Made by a program: the position numbers and the translations under genes. A DNA stretch of 32,000 nucleotides. Source: Flagellimonas sp. 389 (GTDB lineage Bacteria > Bacteroidota > Bacteroidia > Flavobacteriales > Flavobacteriaceae). Where the stretch lies: contig NZ_JAHCMU010000001.1 of NCBI RefSeq assembly GCF_018449435.1, positions 247,299 to 279,298 of the forward strand. The letters run 5' to 3'. The notes below the pieces were generated by a model that saw only the letters and a list, made by a program, of their open reading frames with translations, was not told where the DNA came from and ran no database searches. This document shows, one piece after another, positions 8,893 to 15,891 of the stretch (the stretch's first letter is position 1; every line of letters begins with the position of its first letter).

Positions 8893-11785
8893 GACAAAAG
8901 CTAGAGCAGTAGACTTATTGGGTAAGGGACAAATAGCAGATTTACCCACTGCTATTACAGAATTATGGAAGAACGGTTATGATGCTTACGCTGATAACTT
9001 AAAAGCCGAATTATTTAAAGTGGGATTTCAGGGTCTCTCCCAATCCTATTTTAAAATTTCCGATGATGGAAAAGGAATGTCAAACTCCGACATTTTAGAT
9101 AAATGGCTGGTATTAGGCACAGATTCAAAATCAAGGGCCAAAATAGAGGACGAATCAGAAGAGACTTTATGGAAGTCCCCCCGTATTAAGGCTGGAGAAA
9201 AAGGAATAGGACGTTTGTCCGTTGCTTACTTAGGGAATCCAATGTTGATGCTAACTAAGAAATTGGGGCACTCAATGCAAGCTGTATATTTTGACTGGAG
9301 ATTATTGGAAAACTATAATCTATTCTTGGATGACATAGTAATCCCATTGAAACCAGTGGAAGATTTAAATTGTTTACAGGATATTTTCAAAAGCTTAAAA
9401 AGCGACTTTTTATCAAATTTTGAAAAAGAAGTAGATTTAAACAATGAGCCAATCTGGGAAGAAGGGCAAAATGAATTAAAATCAGATATCATTTTAGATA
9501 CGGAGGAGGCAGTTTTAGAAAATCCTATCCTTAATAGTATTTCATCTTTCTATAACACAAATGATTCCCATGGTACCTTTTTTTTAATCTTTAATCCCAT
9601 TTCTCAAATTGTTGAACTTTCGGAAAGGGATGAAGATAATATGGAAGACAAGAATTTTGTCACATCCAGTTTGACTGGTTTTACCAATCCTTTTTTAGAA
9701 AAGCCGCTAAAAATTAATACTTCTTTTGATATTCATAGTGAATCAGAGACCTACGATTTACTACAATCCCGAGGTGAATTTTTTAATCATTCTGATTTTA
9801 AGTTGGCCGATGTTTATATCAAAGGAGAATTTGATGGCAAAGGAACTTTTATTGGAAAGATTAGGATATTTGATAAGACAATCGACTATTCTTACACAAA
9901 TCCAAGAAAAAAAGATAAACGTTCATTTTATGGTAAAATCCCAATTGAACTTGGCTATTCACAAGGAGAAGAAAAATCTTCTACATTATCAGATGTTCAA
10001 TTCAATAAAATTTCAAATAAGGCAAAGGAATACGGTGGGTTGTATGTATATCGAGATAATTTTAGGGTATTACCATATGGTAGAGAAAATGCAGATTTCT
10101 TAAATTTTGAATTAAGAAGATCTAAAAGAGCAGGTACGTATTATTTTTCTTATCGTCGAATGTACGGCTACTTGGATATAACCCGGGAAAGAAATCCAGA
10201 TTTAAAGGATAAATCAAGTAGAGAAGGGTTAATTAACAATACAAAATATCGTGCATTTACAAGTGATGCAATTAACATGTTTGTTGCGTTAGCACAAGAC
10301 TTTTTCGCAACTAATCCAAAACAATCTGTTTTTAGGGACAAACTAAAAGAAAATCAAGATCAAAATGAAGCTTTAAAAGCAGATAAGGCGCGAGAAAAAA
10401 GTGAAAAAATTGCTTTTACACGTTCCTTGAATGAGTATCCTGAAAAACTAAAACTGCATCAAAAAAAATACGAGGAACTTCTAAATATACTTGACAAAAA
10501 ATTAAATCAAATACATTTAGGCTATTCTGAAGTCGAAAATATTTTGGAACAGCTTCAAAAATTAGACTTGGAACTCCAAAACCTGATTCCAAAAGTACCC
10601 AAAAGATACAAGCCTACTGATACTCAAACAGAGCGATTGTACAAATTTGAAAATAAGCTCAACGGCTATATTGAAAAAGTAGCTCCGAAAAGGGATGTAT
10701 TGATAGAAAAAGCACAAGATCGTCTGGAAATCAAAGATTTGCAGATTGATTTAACAAAAAGATACAATAACTATATTTCTTCTTTGGAAGAATTGCTCCA
10801 AAAACACAGCCAAAAACTCAAAGTTAAATTTAACAGCCTATTAGAGGATTATGGCGAACGGTCTAAACTACTATTAAATGTACTTGGCGAGGGCAAGAAT
10901 ACAATAATAAATCAAATAACTTCCAAAGAACAAGTCGCCCAATGCGCAAAGGAAATTGAGAAAAAATACATCAAAGTATTAGAAAAAGCCGAGAATACAT
11001 TATTCCCGTTAACAAATCATATTGAACGTTTATCCATTGACATTGATGAAGAGTTAGTTCAAGGTGCTTATAAGGCCCAGTATGACCAAATGAAATATCA
11101 GTGGGAACAAACTAGAGATACTGCACAATTAGGAATTGCGGTGGAAATCATTGATCACGAGTTTAATCAACTTTATGCAAAAATTAATACCCAATTAAAA
11201 ATACTAAGTACAAATAATGTAGTAAAATCGATTAAAGAGTTTAATTATCTAGAAACGAATTTCAAACAATTGGAGGACAAATATGCCTTGTTATCACCAT
11301 TATATCGGATATCCGGAGCTCTAGCCAAGGATGTATCCTGTCAATCTATCTACAGCTATTTATTAGAATTTTTTGAAAATCAAATTGATGAATACAACAT
11401 CATAATTGATGTCACAGATAGTTTCAAAAAGCATCATATTACTATTAAAGAACCTATTATTTATACGGTTTTCATTAACATAATAAATAATGCAATTTAT
11501 TGGATGAGAAACAAAGATTCTCGACGAATAAAATTAGATTATTGGCCAGAAACGAATGAGATACTTTTAATAAATTCTGGTGAGAAAATACCTGAATATA
11601 AACTAAAAAGAATCTTTGAATTATTTTACTCGCAACGCCCAAATGGAAGAGGGATTGGACTTTACTTGTCGAAGCAAAGTCTAAACGAAGCAGGTTATGA
11701 TATTTATGCTACAAATGATGAAAAATTTAATTCGTTGAACGGAGCTTGTTTCGTTATTAACCAAATAAACAAAGGGGATGTATAG
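8882..11785 (+). CDS. dual Bergerat-fold ATPase: N-terminal MORC/Hsp90-like GHKL module, coiled coil, C-terminal histidine-kinase core (H-box plus CA domain)
   Basis: The N-terminal part has ELWKNGYDA (ExxxNxxDA), DDGKGM (DxGxG) and GEKGIGRLS. The centre is a long heptad-rich helical region. The C-terminal part has an H-box-like AVEIIDHEFNQL (His codon 11156-11158), N-box INIINNAIYW, a degenerate G1 NSGEKIP, F-box IFELFYS and G2 GRGIGLYLSKQ. ATG 8882 overlaps the MTase stop by 11 nt. Confidence 0.85.
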   Translation: MQFRTKARAVDLLGKGQIADLPTAITELWKNGYDAYADNLKAELFKVGFQGLSQSYFKISDDGKGMSNSDILDKWLVLGTDSKSRAKIEDESEETLWKSPRIKAGEKGIGRLSVAYLGNPMLMLTKKLGHSMQAVYFDWRLLENYNLFLDDIVIPLKPVEDLNCLQDIFKSLKSDFLSNFEKEVDLNNEPIWEEGQNELKSDIILDTEEAVLENPILNSISSFYNTNDSHGTFFLIFNPISQIVELSERDEDNMEDKNFVTSSLTGFTNPFLEKPLKINTSFDIHSESETYDLLQSRGEFFNHSDFKLADVYIKGEFDGKGTFIGKIRIFDKTIDYSYTNPRKKDKRSFYGKIPIELGYSQGEEKSSTLSDVQFNKISNKAKEYGGLYVYRDNFRVLPYGRENADFLNFELRRSKRAGTYYFSYRRMYGYLDITRERNPDLKDKSSREGLINNTKYRAFTSDAINMFVALAQDFFATNPKQSVFRDKLKENQDQNEALKADKAREKSEKIAFTRSLNEYPEKLKLHQKKYEELLNILDKKLNQIHLGYSEVENILEQLQKLDLELQNLIPKVPKRYKPTDTQTERLYKFENKLNGYIEKVAPKRDVLIEKAQDRLEIKDLQIDLTKRYNNYISSLEELLQKHSQKLKVKFNSLLEDYGERSKLLLNVLGEGKNTIINQITSKEQVAQCAKEIEKKYIKVLEKAENTLFPLTNHIERLSIDIDEELVQGAYKAQYDQMKYQWEQTRDTAQLGIAVEIIDHEFNQLYAKINTQLKILSTNNVVKSIKEFNYLETNFKQLEDKYALLSPLYRISGALAKDVSCQSIYSYLLEFFENQIDEYNIIIDVTDSFKKHHITIKEPIIYTVFINIINNAIYWMRNKDSRRIKLDYWPETNEILLINSGEKIPEYKLKRIFELFYSQRPNGRGIGLYLSKQSLNEAGYDIYATNDEKFNSLNGACFVINQINKGDV

Positions 11786-13469
11786 TCAAAAAGCATATGA
11801 CATATTGGACTCATCTATAAATTCTGCCGTATTTATTGATGAAAAAGCAAAAGATTTTTTTTCAGAAACTGCCATTGATACCAATATACCAGAAGAAAAA
11901 TTATCTGTGGATCTATTCAAAACTTTTAAAGAAAATGGTAAAAACTTAGCAATACATAAGTTCGAGGTATCTACTCTAGAGAATTCAAAAACTTTAGATT
12001 ATTTATTCAATGGAAGAGATTTAATTCTTTTGGATTGGGAACTTGCTGATGTTGCAGGGCAAGAACATTCACTGAAACTGTTGAATAAAGTTATTGGCAC
12101 ACCATGCATTAATTTTTGCTGTATTTATTCAAGCTCGGCAAATTTTAATCAAATTCCACTTTTTCTAGAAGCCTATTTTTCTGGGGTGACTAAAGCAGAA
12201 TATGATTCTATTAAGGAAACATATGGACATGTTGAAATAAAGGAAGTAGAAGAAATTTGGGGCAAGAGCATTGGAGAAATAGAAGCTTTTTTTAATGAAA
12301 ACAAGATTGAAAGACAAGGTTTCCCAATCGAAAGGCTGCGAAAAAAGCCTATAGATTTGATACTGCGCCATTTATATGTTTCTCTAGTCAGTGACAAAGT
12401 TATTATTCCCGAGCAGGCACAAAAGGAATATGAAGTATTGAATACTGGAAATGATTCTTTTATTATCAATAATACTTTTGTTCTGACCTTAAAAAAAGAT
12501 GTCTCTGAGGATTCGGATTACAAAAAATTACTTAAAAGAATTTCCGATACTATTATAAAAAATAATGGCAGTTTTTTTCAGTTGTTGGGTATGGAAATGC
12601 AGTCCGTTTTTAATTCAAACGAACGATTCATCGATGATACCATTCTGAAATCTTCCACAGAAGCTCTTTTTCAATTTAGAAATCATATTCGAGACGACAA
12701 GACATTTGGCATTATTATCAAAAAACTACTAATTGAGCAAGCAACTCTTAAACTGAGAACGGCTAAACTAAAATTATTAGAAACCGAATTCTTAGACTAC
12801 AAAAGTGGAGAACTTAATGACAAAGTACCTAACCTCGAGGATCTTTTTCAGTTAAATGTATTTTATAATTCCGTTTCTGTTAAGAGTCTGCACCCAAATG
12901 ATATACCAAACTTGAATTTTGGGGATGTTTTTAAAGATTCAAATGATGAATACTACCTATGCATAACCGCCTTATGTGATTGTTACTATCCAAATAAAAT
13001 TCAGCATAATTTTTATTTTGCCAAAGGCAACGAATTTAGGGATAAAGAATTGGCTTTAAAATTGGGGGATACTGCTTTTATAAGCTTTTTACCTAATAAC
13101 AAAGTTGTCCATTGGGGAGATATCGAATATGTTAGAAAAGAAAAGATAAAAAAAGGTGATAACGAATCAGAAGATGAATTCAAAAATCGAAAATGTAATA
13201 ATGAGCTAGAAGCTTATAAAGTATTTCTTTATAAGCCTTTTTATATAAAACCTAAAGTTTACAATGTTGAAAACAATAAGTTGGAAGATAATAAGATTAG
13301 AATTTGGGATATAACAAACAAAATCACAAAACAAGGTAACGAGCACAATTTAAACTATTTTCATGTTGAATACATAACCACTCTTAGGGAAGATTATACA
13401 CAAAGAATTGCCAATCATGCTTTTGGCCACCCCTCAAGAGTAGGCGTTGATTTTGTAAAAATCAAATAG
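11778..13469 (+). CDS. receiver (REC)-like domain protein with an uncharacterised C-terminal module (candidate effector)
   Basis: The N-terminus has REC-pattern residues at CheY-like spacing: FIDE (D21/E22), DLILLDWEL (D86, codon 12033-12035), CCIYSSS (S118) and VTK (K139). I could not assign residues ~150-563. The ATG overlaps the upstream stop by 8 nt (ATGTATAG). Confidence 0.75.
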   Translation: MYSQKAYDILDSSINSAVFIDEKAKDFFSETAIDTNIPEEKLSVDLFKTFKENGKNLAIHKFEVSTLENSKTLDYLFNGRDLILLDWELADVAGQEHSLKLLNKVIGTPCINFCCIYSSSANFNQIPLFLEAYFSGVTKAEYDSIKETYGHVEIKEVEEIWGKSIGEIEAFFNENKIERQGFPIERLRKKPIDLILRHLYVSLVSDKVIIPEQAQKEYEVLNTGNDSFIINNTFVLTLKKDVSEDSDYKKLLKRISDTIIKNNGSFFQLLGMEMQSVFNSNERFIDDTILKSSTEALFQFRNHIRDDKTFGIIIKKLLIEQATLKLRTAKLKLLETEFLDYKSGELNDKVPNLEDLFQLNVFYNSVSVKSLHPNDIPNLNFGDVFKDSNDEYYLCITALCDCYYPNKIQHNFYFAKGNEFRDKELALKLGDTAFISFLPNNKVVHWGDIEYVRKEKIKKGDNESEDEFKNRKCNNELEAYKVFLYKPFYIKPKVYNVENNKLEDNKIRIWDITNKITKQGNEHNLNYFHVEYITTLREDYTQRIANHAFGHPSRVGVDFVKIK

Positions 13470-13777
13470 CTTCTATTGCTGACAATTTCAGGAATTATTT
13501 AATTGCTAGAAAGGATTACTATTATCCTTTACAAAACTACTGAATCATTAATCTTACAGCCTCTGAAGGCTCCCCTGTTTTCCTGAACATCGTCCAAACC
13601 CAGTTCGGGGTCAAGTATACTCATAGGGAGGCATAGAAATGCACGTACCGTCAACAGCAAATCTGCATGACCGTCCACATTAAAAAAGAAGGGTCGGAGT
13701 ATGGTAGTTCCTGTGGAGTCTCAAATTCTTTATAAGCTTTTCTTCGTTCGGGTTCATGGATTCATAATTTTATAGTA

Positions 13778-14125
13778 TTACTTATCTTCAAGTTCCAATA
13801 GCCTTTCGTCCAGTTTGTCCATAAAGTACATTTGGCTATCGGGAAGGATGGACAGTACCAGTTCCAATACCTGTGTGACACTGTCCTCCTTTGATGCATT
13901 CCTGTTTGCAGGTGACATCATCATCCCCTCCCCATCAAGGGCGAACACACAGACCTCCAAAAGACTTATTATCTGTGCCAACAAATGGTTATTGTCCCTG
14001 ACCTCGAAGGATACATAGTTTCCTTTAGCATCACCGGACTTTTTGTTTCCCAAAAGTCCCGAAAGATTGTTCCTGAGCTGTTGTATATCCTCTAGGGTCC
14101 TTAGCCTTTTCCTCTTTGATTTCAT
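13778..14125 (-). CDS. hypothetical protein (115 aa), paralogous to the C-terminus of the upstream 403-aa protein
   Basis: The gene starts 9 nt after the stop of the 14135-15346 gene on the same strand. Its sequence aligns with that protein's C-terminal ~115 aa (EVCVFALDGEG...VTQVLELVLSILPDSQMYFMDKLDERLL vs KVCITALEVEN...VREVLGYVLDLVPHEEMEFLDKIGKLL). Confidence 0.7.
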   Translation of the reverse strand: MKSKRKRLRTLEDIQQLRNNLSGLLGNKKSGDAKGNYVSFEVRDNNHLLAQIISLLEVCVFALDGEGMMMSPANRNASKEDSVTQVLELVLSILPDSQMYFMDKLDERLLELEDK

Positions 14126-14134
14126 ATTGTTGTT

Positions 14135-15346
14135 TTAATCGGTTGTGCTGGTCTGTTGTTCCGATAACAGTTTCCCGATCTTGTCAAGGAATTCCATTTC
14201 CTCATGCGGCACTAAGTCCAGAACGTACCCCAGTACCTCCCGTACATTATGTTCAGGCTGTTGGACAGACCTGTTTGGGAAGTTTTCCACTTCCAGTGCT
14301 GTGATACAGACCTTGATCAGGTTGGTAATCATAAACGAGGTGTCCAGATAGCCATCGGTCAACAGATCGATACTGTAGGTTCCCCTCTCCGGGCTATAGG
14401 GCTTTAAGGTGTAAAAGTGTTCCTCCTTCAGATCCTTTAGTTTTTCCAAGAGGGATTTTCCCTGTCCGTCATTTTCATTGTTCTTTTCAGGGAGGGTTTC
14501 GTCTCTGGTATCCGGCTCCTTGCCCTCGATTCGTTCCTTACAGTAAGCAAGGTGACGTTGGAAAATGGACTGCACCTCTTGGATGAATCCTATTAGTTCT
14601 GTTTGGATAGTTTTGGCCTGATTTTTTGTAATCTCAAATTCGCTGCCGTAACGCGCCACACTGTATGCATGCTCCAAGAGGAGCAGCAGTTCGTTGTTGT
14701 CCATTTTGGAGGTTTCCGAAAAGGGATGCAACGTTGGAAAGAAAGGCATGCAATAATTGATATGGCTGATAATGCTATGGGTCACCTTGCTCTTTCCGAT
14801 GCACATCTGTTCGATGAAACGGAACGCAAGCTCAAAGGCTTGATGCATGTTGAACGTGGCTATGGCATGGTTACCTTCCCCTATCAATATGTTCGCTGTG
14901 TTCGCAAAGGCTTTTATCTTTCCCATTTCAGAATCAAAATAACGGGTGGCCCTGTAGATGAGTGTCTTGTGCACTATTTCGGAATAGTCCATGATGTTCT
15001 CCCCCTCGGGATGGGCAAAGATGTTCTCCCCGAGACAGCAATGTTCCAAGAAATACAACGACCCCCTTTCAAGGCCAATTTCGGACTGGTTCTCCGTGTA
15101 GATCCTTATCCTGAAATCGGGATGCTCCTTTCCCTTTTTGGTCACAAGGGAACGGATTTCGTTGGGAAGTGGGTCGTTGTTGACATCAACAAAGAGGGTT
15201 ATGATATGATATTCAATATCGCCCTCTTTCTGTGGTCTGGACAGAAAGACCCTATCGATGGTAATGATGTTCAGGATGCCATCGAGCAAATTAGAGAGTT
15301 CTTCCGCTCTTTCAAAGTTTTCCGGTATGTTTGTGCCATGTGTCAT
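14135..15346 (-). CDS. hypothetical protein, possibly a degenerate nucleotidyltransferase-like N-terminus plus a HEPN-like helical domain
   Basis: This is a 403-aa uninterrupted ORF. The block GNHAIATFNMHQAFELAFRFIEQMCIGKSKVTHSI resembles a HEPN helix pair, but with Kx4H instead of Rx4-6H. The N-terminal region lacks the GS...DxD NTase motifs. The coding call is solid and the functional call is weak. Confidence 0.7.
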   Translation of the reverse strand: MTHGTNIPENFERAEELSNLLDGILNIITIDRVFLSRPQKEGDIEYHIITLFVDVNNDPLPNEIRSLVTKKGKEHPDFRIRIYTENQSEIGLERGSLYFLEHCCLGENIFAHPEGENIMDYSEIVHKTLIYRATRYFDSEMGKIKAFANTANILIGEGNHAIATFNMHQAFELAFRFIEQMCIGKSKVTHSIISHINYCMPFFPTLHPFSETSKMDNNELLLLLEHAYSVARYGSEFEITKNQAKTIQTELIGFIQEVQSIFQRHLAYCKERIEGKEPDTRDETLPEKNNENDGQGKSLLEKLKDLKEEHFYTLKPYSPERGTYSIDLLTDGYLDTSFMITNLIKVCITALEVENFPNRSVQQPEHNVREVLGYVLDLVPHEEMEFLDKIGKLLSEQQTSTTD

Positions 15347-15490
15347 GAGATCGTGGTTTAAAAGGTTCGAGAATCACTGACCATATTAAGCCCACATTGC
15401 CAAGTACCCCACCATGTGCACTTGTATTTTATCGGAACTGTTTTGTATTTTACAATCGGATTATTGTGGGAAACACCCTATATTTGAAGT

Positions 15491-15877
15491 ATGCAGACAA
15501 AGACCAAGAACAACCATATAGGTAGAAAAATCGGTAGGATCAGGGAACTCCGTGGGATGAAGCAGGAGACCTTGGCCGAAGAACTGGGCATCAGCCAACA
15601 GGCCGTTTCCAATATCGAGAACAGCGAGAAGGTGGATGATGCGAAACTGGAAGAGATTGCTTCAGTTTTAGGAGTGACCAAAGAAGGTATTGAGAATTTC
15701 TCGGAAGAAGCAGTATTTAATATTATCAACAATACTTTTAAAGATAATAGCTCCAACAACAATAATTATCTCTGTACTATAAATCCAATTGAAAAAATTA
15801 TTGAATTATACGAGCGTCTTGTACAGGCAGAAAAGCAAAAGGTAGCATCCTTAGAAAAACGGTTGAGCAAAGACTAA
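15491..15877 (+). CDS. XRE-family helix-turn-helix transcriptional regulator
   Basis: IGRKIGRIRELRGMKQETLAEELGISQQAVSNIENSEK is a classic Cro/C1-type HTH. The gene is divergent from the 14135-15346 gene. Confidence 0.9.
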   Translation: MQTKTKNNHIGRKIGRIRELRGMKQETLAEELGISQQAVSNIENSEKVDDAKLEEIASVLGVTKEGIENFSEEAVFNIINNTFKDNSSNNNNYLCTINPIEKIIELYERLVQAEKQKVASLEKRLSKD

Positions 15878-15891
15878 TTTTGTCTTATAGT

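Noticed and set aside
9726-10103. 125-aa ORF inside the ATPase/kinase gene (alternate frame, same strand)
   Set aside because: It is an out-of-frame shadow ORF in AT-rich coding sequence, with no motif and no independent start context.
13778-15346. Calling the pair a canonical MNT-HEPN toxin-antitoxin system
   Set aside because: The NTase catalytic motifs (GS, DxD) are absent and the HEPN Rx4-6H motif is replaced by Kx4H. The small partner is homologous to the large protein's C-terminus rather than to an NTase.
14603-15361. 252-aa ORF on the plus strand
   Set aside because: It lies entirely antisense to the 403-aa minus-strand gene. That gene has recognisable domain-like blocks, a paralogous downstream partner and a sensible start. 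The plus-strand translation is Cys/His/Trp/Met-rich and matches no family I recognise.
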